The translations under genes and the position numbers were made by a program. From Mobula hypostoma (taxonomy: Eukaryota), in assembly GCF_963921235.1 (NCBI RefSeq), contig NC_086108.1, positions 111,044,001 through 111,108,000 of the forward strand: a stretch of 64,000 bases of DNA, read 5' to 3'. The notes below the pieces were generated by a model, which was given only the letters and a program-made list of their open reading frames with translations, was not told the origin of the DNA and searched no databases. Shown here one piece after another: positions 49,762 to 62,513 of this stretch (position 1 is its first letter; every line of letters begins with the position of its first letter).

Positions 49762-51259
49762 CATTGATAGGATGCAAAACTGGGCTGAGAAGTGGCAGAT
49801 GGAGTTCAACCCAGATAAGTGTGAGGTGGTTCATTTTGGTAAGTCAAATATGATGGCAGAATATGGCATTAATGGTAAGACTCTTGGCAGCGTGGAGGAT
49901 CAGAGGGATCTTGGGGTCTGAGTCCATAGGACACTCAAAGCTGCTACGTAGGTTGACTCTGTTGTTAGGAAGGCATACGATGCATTGGCCTTCATCAATC
50001 GTGGGATTGAGTTTAAGAGCTGAGAGGTAATGTTGCAGCTATATAGGACCCTGGTCAGACCCCACTTGGAGTACTGTGCTCAGTCCTGGTTGCCTCACTA
50101 CAGGAAGGACGTGGAAACCATAGAAAGGGTGCAGAGGAGATCTACGAGGATATTGCCTGGATTGGGGAGCATGCCTTATGAGAATAGGTTGAGTGAACTT
50201 GGCCTTATCTCCTTGGAGAGACGGAGGATGAGAGGTGACCTGTTAGAGGTGTACAAGATAATGAAAGGCATTGATTGTGTGGATACTTACAGGCTTTTTC
50301 CCAGGGCTGAAATGGCTAGCACAAGAGGACGTAGTTTTAAGGTGATTGGAAGTAGGTACAGAGGAGATGTCGGGGTAAGTTTTTTACGTAGAGAGTTGAG
50401 ACTGTGTGGAATGGGCTGCCAGTGGCAGTGTTCGAAGCAGAAACGTTAGGGTCTTTTAAGAGACTCCTGGATGGCTACATGGAGCTTAGAAAAATAGAGG
50501 GCTATGGGTAAAGCCTAGGTAGTTCTAAGGTAGGGACATGTTCGGCACAGCTTTGTGGGCCGAAGGGCCTGTATTGTGCTGTAGGTTTTGCTATTTTTTT
50601 TCTTTGTACATATATGCCACCATGTACAATCCTGAGATTCATTTTCTTGTGGGCATTCACAGTAAATACAAAGAAACACAAGAGAATTAATGAACGATCT
50701 CACCCAATAGGATGGACAAACAACCAATGTGTGAAAGACAATGAACTGTGCAAATACAAAAATAATAACAATAATAAATACATAACTAATTAATAGAGAA
50801 CATGAGATGAAGAGGCCTTGAAAGTGAGTTCATAGGCTGTGGGAGCAGTTCAGTGTTGGGGAGAGTGAAGTTGAGTGAAGTTATCCCTCTGCTCAACAGC
50901 CTGGTGGTTGAGGGTTCCTGAACCTTGTGATGTGGGTCCTAAGGCTCCTGTATCTCCTTTCTGATGGCAGCAGTGAGAAGAGAGCAGGTCCTGGGTGGTG
51001 GGATACCTGATGATAGATGCTGTTTCAAAAGTGAACAACATCCTCATTCTGCCCCAGAAATAACTGCAGGAAAAGTAAAACAAATTCAGTTGTTCATGAG
51101 TGCAAAATTAGGTTTATTTTCCTGCATTGAATAACATGCCCACAATATAGTTCCTTGAAGGATGAATTAGTTTCGTTGTCATTCAAAGTTCAAAGTAAAT
51201 TTATTGTCTAAGTATGTACTGTATGTGTCACCATATACACCCCAGAGCTTCTGTTGGCA

Positions 51260-51352
51260 TTTCTGAGGTTGGAGGCTATCCAGATGGAATATGAGTTGTT
51301 GCTCCTCCAACCAGACTGCAGTCTTGTCCTGCCAGTAGAGGAGACCATGAAC
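51260..51352 (-). mobile_element. Penelope-like GIY-YIG C-terminal remnant
   Basis: The minus strand reads VHGLLYWQDKTAVWLEEQQLIFHLDSLQP, resembling the LEEQ.LIF.L.SLQP end of Penelope-like proteins. Confidence 0.55.
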
Positions 51353-52530
51353 AGTTAGCTAAGTTCACATATTGCTAAGGAAATAGGTCATATTTATCTG
51401 TACTTGTTACAGATTGGGTTGGGCTTCATCATTTAACCACCATGAAAGAGTACTATAATGTGCATCAAGGTGTTAATTTCTATGGTAGCTGTAAATATAA
51501 AAAATATGCGGGCCCTGGGATTTAAGGGTTCCACACTAGTTCTGTGGGTTCAAAGTTCAAAGTAAATTTATTATTCAAGTACATATACGTAACTAAAACA
51601 CTGGTGAGATTCGGCGTATTGTGTGAAGTTTTGGTCATCTACCTACAGGAAAGATGTAAACAAGGTTGACAAAATACAGGGAAAATTTATAAGGATGTTG
51701 CTGGGTCCAGAGGTCCTGAGTTTAAGGAAAGATTGAGTAGGTTAGGACTGTATTCTTTAGAACATAGAAGATTGAGAGGAGATTTGATGAAGGTATACAG
51801 AATTATGAGGGTATAGATAGGGTAAATGCAAGCAGGCTTTTTCCACTGAGGTTGGATGGGACTGCAACCAGAGGTTATGTGTTAAGGGTGAAAGGTGAAA
51901 AGTTTAAGGGGAATATGAGGGGAAACCTCTTCACTCAGAGGGTCATAATAGTGTGGAACGAGCTGCCATCACAGGTCGTACAATGAGCTTAACTTCAGTG
52001 TTTAAGAGAAGTTTGGATAGGTACCTGGGTAGTAGGGGTATGGAGGGCCAGTCAGTACAGGTCTAGAACCATCAAACACTCCTCATATTTTAACCTTTAC
52101 GTTCCTGGAATCATTCTGGTGAACCTCCTCTAGACCTTCTCCAGTGCCAGAACTGAACACAATACTCCTTTGTAATTGTCTCGGCTGCATTAAAGTCATT
52201 AGAATTCCCTCCTGAAGAGAGTTCTGAAGACTCAGTCACTGATCAAGATGGGGATTTGTTGACTCTGAGGGAATAGAGGGAGATGGGGTTAATGAAGGAA
52301 TGTGGAGCAGGGGTTAAAGGTCAGCGATGAGCTTAATGAATGGCAGAGCAGGAGGAGAGGTGGAAAATGTGTTTCTGCTCCCTCTGCTGTTCAACATCAT
52401 TATCACCATACTGTTGCACGGAGTGTATAGTTATTTTCAAGTTCAATTTATTGTCATTCAGCTCTATACACGTTTACCACCAAATGAAACAGCGTTCCTC
52501 CAGACCAAGGTGCACAACACAGTATATATA

Positions 52531-52591
52531 CAGTATTGTGCAGAAGTCTTAGACGCATAGCTGGGCCGCCTAACACTTTTGTACAGGACTG
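52531..52591. mobile_element. Ultra-short Tc1-type MITE
   Basis: TA|CAGTATTGTGCAGAAGTCTTAG...CTAACACTTTTGTACAGGACTG|TA. Confidence 0.6.
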
Positions 52592-53019
52592 TATTTATCA
52601 ATGAGGAGCGGAGAGCAAGTTTGTAAATCTGGCAGGAGCAAAGGATGCTGGAAATGTTGAGGGTGAAATACCACAGGAGGGGTGTGGATCAGCCGGCAGA
52701 GAAGAAGTGCTGGGGCAGGGAGCGGGGGTGTGGTGCGGCTGCAGACATACCCAGCCCTGAGACACCAGGCAGGGTCACTTGTTTCTGAACAATTGGTTTA
52801 TTGATCATTACCGGATGTCTCTCTGGTGCTTCCCACTCACTCCACTCCCCCTTCCCCTTTTCTCAACTGTGATTCCCCTCTCCCTGCCCCCTTCCCACTC
52901 TCAGCGCACAATAGAGACCCAGATCAGAATCAGGTTTATCATCACTCACATATATCATGAAATTAGTTTGTTTGTGTCTGGCAGCAATAGAGCTACTAGG
53001 ACTTGATGTTTCAATCCCT

Positions 53020-53580
53020 ATGGTAAGTCGGCACTCTCGATGTTGGCAATGGGTTTGGAGTGGTGACAAGGAGGAAGGGTAGGTATGTCATCGGGATCAT
53101 CAGGTGGGCACCCTCCTTCTTTGATGTTTCGTTGATAAGCCCACGACGTCTCCAGAGAGCACAACAGTGCTACCTGGCGTCCCAGATACACCCCCTCAGT
53201 TCCATACCCTCCTGTCTTCATCTTGCAGCCCAGTTGTTGTCTTTCCTTTTAATCCAAATCCAATTGCTGCTTTCTTCTGCTGCATTTGACAAGGACTTGA
53301 TTGCTTGTTGGAGGGAGTGACCCCTCACCCCCATCTTCTTCAATAGACTGGTCGTAGATGTAGCAACGAGTCCCCTGCATCCCACTTCTGCAGGGAAAAT
53401 CTTGGTCTTCCAGCCATTCTGGGCAGCTTCAGTTGCCAGTTCAGAGTACTTGGTCTTTTTCCTCTCATAAGCTTCTTTGACACCATCTTCCCATGGTACT
53501 GTCAATTCCACAACGTACGCCAGCATACACCAGGACCATGCCTGGCCGGAGTGTTGTAACCACAAAGTCTGGGGGAAACA
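53020..53580 (-). mobile_element. HERO-like (restriction-like endonuclease) non-LTR retrotransposon, 3' fragment
   Basis: ORF 53218-53598: VELTVPWED...AYERKKTKYSEL...GW...EVGCRG...AAEESSNWIW. Confidence 0.75.
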
Positions 53581-53608
53581 CAGTACAGTGCAATACATAA
53601 AATTACTA

Positions 53609-53675
53609 CAGTACTGTGCAAAAGTCTTAAGCCCCTTAGCTATATATATGTACCTCAGAGTTTTGCACTGTACTG
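53609..53675. mobile_element. Ultra-short Tc1-type MITE
   Basis: TA|CAGTACTGTGCAAAAGTCT...AGAGTTTTGCACTGTACTG|TA. Confidence 0.7.
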
Positions 53676-54057
53676 TAACTCACCAATACAACACAGGAAG
53701 TAATATTACCACAAATAAATTAGCAAATAATAAGGTGCATTTATGAAACAAGTTAAAAAGTAAACAGTATAACTCTGCTGGTGCTTCATACCTGTACATG
53801 GTGAGACCTGAGTGGTTGTCAGGGAGCTCAGTAGTCTCACAGCCTGGGAGAAGAAGCTGCTTCTCATCCTAGTGGTCTTTGTTCTAACGCGACAGTACCT
53901 CCTGCCTGATGGTGGGGGGTGAAAGAGACTGTTGAACGGATGAGTGGAATCATTGAAAATGCTAAGCACCCTGTGCAAGCAGTGCTCCTGATAATTATCT
54001 CCGATGGGAGGAGGAAACACCCCAAGGATCCTCACCACCTTTTCTTGTAGCTTAACT

Positions 54058-54376
54058 CTAGAACGAGGGGTCACAGTTTGAGGATAGAGGGGAAGCCTTT
54101 TAGGACCGAGGTTAGGAAAAACTTCTTCACACAGAGAGTGGTGAATCTGTGGAATTCTCTGCCACAGCAAACTGTTGAGGCCAGTTCATTAGCTATGTTT
54201 AAAAGGAAGTTAGATATGGCCCTTGTGGCTACGGGGATCAGGGGGTATGGAGGGAAGGCTGGGTTCTGAGCTGGATGATCATCCATGATCATAATAAATG
54301 GCGGTGCAGGCTCGAAGGGCCGAATGGCCTACTCCTGCACCTATTTTCTATGTTTCTATGTTTCTATGTTTCTATA
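54058..54376 (+). mobile_element. Short 3' end of the young CR1 family (another copy at 56603-57090, minus strand)
   Basis: Near-identical to 18458-18767, with a (TTTCTATG)n tail. Confidence 0.9.
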
Positions 54377-54549
54377 AACATCAAAGGTTCAAAGGTCGAA
54401 TTTAATGTCAGAGAAATATACAATATACATCTTGAAGTGCTTTTTCTTTGCAAGCATCCAGCAGAAGAACTGCCGGGGCAGGAGGTGGGGGTGTGGTGCG
54501 GCTGCAGACATACCCAGCCCTGAGACACCAGGCAGGGTCATTTGTTTCA

Positions 54550-56483
54550 GACTGGTCAAAGAACACTGAGGCTGTCTACAAGAAGGGTCAGAGCCGTCTA
54601 TTTCCTGAGGAGACTGAGGTCCTTTAACATCTGCCGGACGATGCTGAGGATGTTCTACGAGTCTGTGGTGGCCAGTGCTATCGTGTGCTGGGGCAGCAGG
54701 CTGAGGGTAGCAGACGCCAACAGAATCAACAAACTCATTCGTAAGGCCAGTGATGTGGGGATGGAACTGGACTTTCTGCGAATATCGCCACTTTCTGTTC
54801 AATCCCTGCCACCTTGATACCTTTTACGATTTTGCTCTGTCTTATTAGTTGGGCAAGCGGTTCAATATATAGCGCAAAAAGGAGAGGAGAAATTGGGCAT
54901 CCCTGTCTAGTGCCTCTCTCTAAGATGAAGGAGTCAGAGAGGTCCCCATTTATCTTAATTCGGGCTGTAGGGCTGTCATATAGAGTCTGAATTACTTCAA
55001 TAAAATTTTCTTGAAAGCCGACTCTTCCTAACACTCTGTATAGGATTGCCCAACTAACCGAATCAAAAGCTTTCTCAGCGTCCAATCCTACTACCATTGT
55101 CTCTGTCTCGTACTTATTAACCTGTTCTAATATGTGCAGAGTTCTCCTTATGTTGTCCTGTGTTTGTCTTTGTTGAATAAATCCAGTCTGGTCTAAATGG
55201 ATTAGGCCAGGTAAAAGCTTTTCCAATCTGCCCGCTAATATAGATGTAAATAGTTTGTAATCTAAATTAAGAACACTAATTGGCCGATAATTGCCACATT
55301 CTAGTTTATCTTTACCCTCTTTAGGAATAACTGAAATAATCGCTTCTCTCCAGGAAGGTGGAGTTTCTCCTCTCTGCAAGATCCAATTAAAGGTGTTAAG
55401 TAGTAATGGGGCTAACTGAGTCTTCAGGGACTTGTACCACTCTGAGTGAATTCAAAAAGAAAAATTTTATCAAATCTGGAATAAATGGATTGAATATATA
55501 ACCCCAATGCGAGCAGACTTTAGATGACTCTCCTAATGATTTATACTGCCCTTCTCATCAACACAGTAATATTGCTAACATAAGCACCCCTAGTCTAAAT
55601 GTCTTTTTTTTTTGGTTTCTTTTGGAAAACAGAGAATTAACACAAGTAAAGGGAAAGATTTGGGAAAGGGAAAGATTTGGGAAAGGGATAAAAAATGAAA
55701 AAATTAAGTAAATAAGTACATGGGGATTGGATAATTATGTCTGGGGGTGGGAGCAAGCATGAACAAGTTGGGATATAAACACCTACAATGGTTGTTACAT
55801 GGGCTTATATACAACATTTTGGACCAGTGGAAATGGTCCAGAAGAGTTATATGGAAACTATTATTACCATTTTTCTTAACAACTAATACCATTACTTAGC
55901 CTAATAGATTAGAATTACCACAGTACATAATTATCTATTTAAGTGTCTAATTTCCTTTTATATCATCTCAATGTGTACTTAAGAATGTGTAAATAATTAT
56001 AGTTTTATACATATAAAAAATGGAAAAGGTTATATGTGTGAAAAAAGTACATGATATTTGTGAATTCCTTATCCAAATAAAAATAAAATGTAAAAAAAAA
56101 GGAACTGGACTCTCTGACGGTGGTGTCTGAAAAGAGGATACTGTCCAAGTTGCATGCCATCTTGGACAATGTTTCCCATCCACTATATAATGTACTGGGT
56201 GGGCACAGGAGTACATTCAGCCAGAGACTCATTCCACCGAGATGCAACACAGAGCGTCATAGGAAGTCATTCCTGCCTGTGGCCATCAAACTTTACAACT
56301 CCTCCCTTGGCGGGTCAGACACCTTGAGCCAATAGGCTGGTCCTGGACTTATTTCATAATTTACTGGCATAATTTACATATTACTATTTAACTATTTATG
56401 GTTCTATTACTATATTATTTATGGTGCAACTGTAACGAAAACCAATTTCCCCCGGGATCAATAAAGTATGACTATGACTATGA
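54550..56483 (+). mobile_element. Rex1/Babar-type LINE 3' fragment split by an L1 insertion
   Basis: YFLRRLRSFNIC...FYESVVAS (54542-54817) continues as ...RKSFLPVAIKLYN (56120-56335). Ends with AATAAA and a (TATGAC)n tail. Confidence 0.8.
54774..56100 (+). mobile_element. L1-clade LINE with 5' inversion
   Basis: 11-bp TSD GGAACTGGACT (54763-54773 and 56101-56111). RT segment on the minus strand (54774 to about 55446); ORF2 C-terminus, 3' UTR, AATAAA and poly(A) on the plus strand. Confidence 0.85.
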
Positions 56484-57706
56484 AAACAGAGAAGTGCCCC
56501 AAAGAATGAATGACAGTTAAACTTGAGAACCCCAAAGAAGTTTGTCAAAGTTTTAGATAACCTGTCAAATCTACACAACTTCTAAGAAAGTTGAGACACT
56601 ATCATAGAAACATAGAAACATAGAAAATAGGTGCAGGAGTAGGCCATTCGGCCCTTCGAGCCTGCACCACTATTCAGTATGATCATGGCTGATCATCCAA
56701 CTCAGAACCCTGTACCAGCCTTCCCTTCATACCCCAGATCCCTTTAGCCACAAGGGTCATATCTAACTCCCTCCTAAATATAGCTAATGAACTGGCCTCA
56801 ACTGTTTCCTGTGGCAGAGAATTCCACAGATTCACCACTCTCTGTGTGAAGAAGTTTTTCCTAATGTCGGTCCTAAAAGGCTTCCCCTTTATCCTCAAAC
56901 TGTGACCCCTCATTCTGGACTTCCCCAACATCGGGAACAATCTTCCTGCATCTAGCCTGTCCAATCCCTTTAGGATTTTATACGTTTCAATAAGATCCCC
57001 CCTCAATCTTCCAAATTCCAACAAGTATAAGCCTAGTTGATCCAGTCTTTCATCATATGAAAGTCCTGCCATCCCAGGAATCAATCTGGTAATGTATCAT
57101 AAGGAATCAATTTGTCATGTCTTCTTTGTGCCACTTGCATGTTGGTCCCAGGACAGATCCTCTGATACGATAACGCCCAAAGAATTTAAGGTTACTGACC
57201 CTGTCCAGCTCCAATCCCCTAATGAGGAGTGGCTCATGGACCCCCAGCTTCTTCTTCCTGCCTTCAAGCTCTTTGCTTTTGCTGACGTTGAGTGAGAGGT
57301 TGTTGTTGTGGCATCATTCAACCCGATTTTCAATCTCCCTCCTATATGTCAATTCATCACAGACAAGTCCAAAGGAAATGGAGAGGATAAGAACTTTGTC
57401 TCTGATCCTTCCATGACATTTCTTCAGTGCTGGAGAAGAAAAGTGGACAATGGCCCACAGGTCCTGAAGGTGCTGCCTCTCAGATGTCACAATGTCAGTA
57501 AACATTAGAGTCAGCTTTTCATTGCAGGAAGATTCATCTCATGTTCTGCCTGAGCAGTCCACAACACAGCAGCGTTAACATTGAATTACAAAGTCATAAA
57601 ACAGTACAGCATAGGTATAGGCCCTTTGGCCCATCCAGTCCATACTGACCACAGTGCCCACCCAGTTAGACCCAATTTCCCGAATTCAGCCCATATCTCC
57701 CTAAAC

Positions 57707-57786
57707 CAGGAATTCCCAACCTTTTTATGCCATGGATCCCTGCCATTAACTGAGGGGCCTGTGGATTCCAGGTGCGGGAATCCTTG
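57707..57786. mobile_element. 80-bp hAT-type MITE
   Basis: CAGGAATTCCCAACC...GGTGCGGGAATCCTTG imperfect TIRs; 8-bp flanks CCCTAAAC/CTCTAAGC. Confidence 0.55.
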
Positions 57787-59392
57787 CTCTAAGCCATATA
57801 CCTATCCAAGTGTTTCTTAAATGATATGATTGTACCTGCTTCAGCCACTTCCTCTGACAGCTTGCTCTGTATTCACACCACCCAGTGCATGGAAATGTTG
57901 CACCTCATGTCCCTTTTAAAATCTACCCCTCTTACCTAACACTCCCAAGTTTTGGTCTCCCCTACCCCAGGAAAAAGACTGTTATTGTCCACCTTATCTG
58001 TGCCTCTCATAATATTAGACACTTCTATAAAATTGCCCCCCATTTTCCCACATTCCAAGGAATAAAGGCCTAAACTAACCAACCTCTGCCAATAACTCAG
58101 GACCTTAAGTCCAGACAACATCCTCATAAACCTTTTCTACACTCTTTCCAGATTAACCAGGTCTTTCCTATAACAGGGCAATCAAAAGAGTACACAGTAC
58201 TCCAAGTGCAATCTCAACTGTTGCATCATGTCCCTTCTCCTGTACTCACACTGATGGAGACCAGCATGTTAGTCACCTCTTTCATCACCCTGTCTATTTG
58301 TGACGCTGCTTCCAACAAACTATGTACCTATACTTCCAAGTCCCTCTGTTCCATCACACTCCCTATAGCCCTACCATTCACAATATGTCCTACACTGGTT
58401 TGATGCGATGGGCTAAACAGCCCAATTCTGCTCCTATATTTTATGGTCTTATGGCCTTATGGACTTCCAGCAGTGCATCGTCTCACATTTATTTTCCAAT
58501 TTTCCAATTTCAGGTTGGCCAAACCCCCTCTGTTCCTTTCTTTCTCCTTCTGATCTATCCGGATCGTCCCACACACACCCATCTTTCCAAGTCCGCTCCC
58601 CCCAGCCCCATTACCCAGCTTCTCTGAGATTCATTACCTTGTCATGATGGAGAGGCTTGTGAGTTCCAAGAGTGAAGCTGTCTGGAATTTAGCTCCTGGT
58701 AGGGTCACCCATGGTGGCAAGGTCTAGGGGGATGTTTCAGACAAAGAACAATCCAACCAAGACCTCAACAGTGAAGCTGGTGGACGATGATGACACATCT
58801 CAACAGCAGCGAAGGGGGAGAAAGGCTGCAACAGTGAAGGGTCCCCAGTCATCTTCCATTCCATGTCACTGGACCCTGACCCTGATCTGTCCCATGCATC
58901 ATACTCCTTTCATTAAACAATGTCACACACAAGCATTCTCTATTAAAGGAATCCACCCTAACATCCCAGTTATGTGGATCCCAGATCGGCCTCTCCAGCC
59001 ACCTGAAGACCCAGCAATAGACAACCCCTCAGGAGAACAGCATGCATGACTTGAGTGATTGCACTATTCTGACCCAGCTTCCCCACGTGTTGCATCTACC
59101 ATCTCCCCTACCTGTCACCCAGTCAGCCCATCGATCCCCTACCATCCCTCTCTCATTTAGTTTCATTCTCTACCTATCACCTCACAGCCTTTGTTACACC
59201 CCACCCCTCTATCTCCCACCTGACTCCATCCCCCAGTCAACACCTTCGCACCTGGATCCACCTATCAGCTGCCAGCTCCTACCCCACCCTCATGCTCTCT
59301 ACACTCACTATCCTCCCTCTGTCTCTCAGGCCAGATGAAGTCCAAAGTTCAAAGTGAGTTTATTACCGAAGTGTGTAAATATATATCACCCT

Positions 59393-60252
59393 TGTTACAT
59401 ACCTCAAGGAGATCTTGTGACTTTCTTGTGAGAATGATGTAATGGTCTTTTGGAGGTCACCTGATGTAATTTTCCCGCTGATGTGAGGTCACGTGATGAC
59501 ATGTTCACCATGGGTATAAAAGGGAAGACCTCTGGTGATGCAGTTATTTTCCAGCTAGAAGTTCGTCAGTGTCTCCGTTCTGTTGCGTATTTGTTTTATG
59601 ACGCAGTTTCATTTTTAAAACGGACTGTTACATTCTGTTGCAAGGTACAATAGTGCTGGACTGGCAACCTCTGCTAGATTTGTTGATGTACCATTTCAGT
59701 AGTATTGGAGAGTGAAGACTTTATCTAAGTACAGGACCTGAAGGATTAAGAAAAGTTGGTATCGTTCGGCAGTTTAATAAAGGATCGACCTTATTGAGTC
59801 TTCGTTGAAGAAGTGGCAACCTGCATCGGAGATAACTTCTTCCGAAAGAGCAAGGGAGTTCACGCAGGATTTGCTCTCTAGAAATTAAGATCAGTTTTTT
59901 AAGCCGTTTATTTCCTTCCTCGTGAATCCTTTGGACAGAACCAGCAGGGAAGTCGCGTCTATGAAGAAATCCTTCTCCAGAGAAGTCTCTCCCAATTGAA
60001 CCTATAAATCTGTTGGACTTTCGAATTTACTATTTTAAGAACTGTATTTGACTTTACCGCTTTAAGAACTGTTTTCGCATTTATCGCTTTAAGAACCAGT
60101 ACCGAGTGATTATTTGTTGAACGGCCGCATAGCGGTTAACTTCCAGTTAAGGTTTTCGTTTGTTTTTTATTGTTTATCCATGTTTAATAAATGTTTGGTT
60201 GTTTTTATATAACCTGACTCGATTGATATTCATTGTTGCTGGTTATGTAACA
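59393..60252 (+). mobile_element. Solo LTR of 860 bp, Gypsy/ERV-type
   Basis: TGTTACATA...TATGTAACA termini, perfect 4-bp TSD CCCT, TATAAAA at 59515-59521, AATAAA at 60186-60191. Confidence 0.85.
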
Positions 60253-60689
60253 CCCTATTCTACCTTGAGATTCATTTTTCTGCAGGTATTTACATGAAAA
60301 TAAAGAAACATAATAGATTGTATGTAAGACTTTACATGAACAAGGAGTGACCAACAAGCAATGCACAAAGAGACAAACTTATCAAATACACAAATGTACT
60401 GAGGAGCGGGGAAACAGTTTCTTCCCTCAGGTCATTAGGTATCTGAACTCCTTCCCACATCACATTCAAAGTGTCACCGATTAATCTGTTCTGTACTATA
60501 CAATATTTAATTTATGCACTTTACTTTGTTTATCAATTCATTTGTCGATTTAATTCATACTTTCCTAAGTTATTGCGTGTTATATGTCTGTTAGGTGTTC
60601 GACTGTACTTTACACCCTGGTGTACATGTATATAGTCAAGTGAATATAAACTTGACTTGAACATGACTCTGTATTCTGTTATTGCTATT

Positions 60690-61058
60690 TAAAAGGCCTG
60701 AACAGATTAGATATGGCAAAGTTATTTCCCATGGTAGGGGATCCTAGGACAAGAGGGCATGACTTCAGGATTGAAGGACGTCCTTTTAGAACTGAGATGC
60801 AGAGAAATTACTTCAGTCAGAGGATGGTAAATCTGTGGAATTTGTTGCCACGAGCGGCTGTGGAGCCCATGACATTGGGTGTATTTAAGGCAAAGCTAGA
60901 TAGGTTCTTGATTAGCCAGGGTATCAAAGGGTATGGGGTGAAGGCAGGGGAGTTGGGATGACTGGAAGAATTGGATCAGCCCATAATTGAATGGTGGAAC
61001 AGACTCGATGGGCTGAATGGCCTACTTCTGCTCCCTTATCTTATGGTCTTATGGTCTG
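60690..61058 (+). mobile_element. CR1 3' fragment, same family as 12488-14113
   Basis: ORF 60713-60961 and (TCTTATGG)n tail. Confidence 0.88.
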
Positions 61059-62204
61059 TAACACTCTGTTTAATTCACTCTTTTTGTAAGTATGCTAAAT
61101 CCTTGTAATTCCCAAGTGATGGGGGATGGTGGTACATGAACATCTCATTGGGTAACAGAAACTGTGGACTGAACAGTCTGATGGAGGAACTCAGCAGGTG
61201 TGGTGGCGAAGTGGGGGAAGGAACCAACAATGTTTTGGTTGAAACCTTGCTAACAACTCAATGACAGTCAGTGCCGACTCTCCACGGATGGAACAAATTT
61301 AATGTGCTGGCAGCTCCATCGTCTGCATTTGCCTGCCCGCCATCAAGGATATCTTCAAAGGGCCATGAATCAAGAAGGTGACATCCATCATTAAGGACCC
61401 ATATCACCCGGGACATGCCCTCAGTTATTACCCCTCAACCATCAGGCTCTTGAACCAAAGGTGAAAACGTCACTCAGCTCTAGTTGCCCCATCACCGAAT
61501 AGCACACACAAAATGCTGGAGGAACCTAGCAGGTCAGGCAGCATCTATGGGAAAAAGTACAGTCTACATTTTGGGCCAAAACCCTTCGGCAGGACTGGAG
61601 ACAAAAAGCTGAGGAGTAGATTTTAAAGGTGTGTGTGGGGGGGGGGTGGGGGGAGAGAAACACCAGGAGGGGGAGGGATGAAGTAAAGATCTGGGAAGTT
61701 GATTAGTGAAAGAGACAGAAAGCCAGGCCATGGAACTGCCCCATCACTGAACTGCTCCCACACCTATGAACTCACTCTCAAGGGCTCTTCATCTCACGTT
61801 CTCAATATTTATTGCTTATTTATTTATTACTATTATTATTATTTCTTTTTTTCTCTTTCTTTTTGTATTTGAAAAGTTTGTTTTTTTTTGCACGTTGGAG
61901 ATTGTCCACCATTTTGTAAATGGTCTTTCATTGATTCTACTGTGTTCCTTGTATTTACTATGAATGCCTGCAAGGAAACAAATCTCAAGGTTGTTTATGA
62001 TGACATATATGTACTTAGATAATAATTTTACTTTGAACCTTGAAGTCTTCTCATTACTACCATCAGGGATGGTATTGTATTTATTTATTTTTAATATATT
62101 CTTGTTGTAATATATTGTATTTTTAATGTTTTATCCATATGCCAGTGATATTAAACCTGATTCTGACTCTGATCTTGGGCTCCATATCCACAGCCTCCTG
62201 AATG

Positions 62205-62513
62205 TGTCACAGTGAGCACTGGCAATGACTGATCCCAGGTGCGGAGGAACGACAATCTCCCATGTAGAGACGGAAACGAGTTTATTCATAGGAATTCAAA
62301 CAGAACTCCAGTGGCTTGACTGAGCAACACTGTGAGAGGAATCATTCTCAAAGCACAAAGACCCCGTGATAAGTGCTAATCAGGAGTCCATTTTAAATAA
62401 TCACAGTGCGCAGAAAATCCATGCCAGTCAAAATAAACTTGACAAGATTAAACAGAAACCATAAGGGCTGGATAAGATAACAATTAACAACCAGCCCCAC
62501 AGGGCTCATGACA
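62205..62513 (-). mobile_element. Putative short solo LTR
   Basis: TGTCA...TGACA termini, flanks GAATG/GATTG, AATAAA on the minus strand at about 62281. Confidence 0.55.

Larger units (their letters stand above)
38640..50600 (+). mobile_element. Full-length decayed CR1 LINE acting as outer host of four nested insertions
   Basis: ORF1 38826-39742. ORF2 is continuous once inserts are removed: about 39772-39972, 43582-44951, 48037-48607 and 49762-50500. The 3' UTR ends near 50600. Confidence 0.88.
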
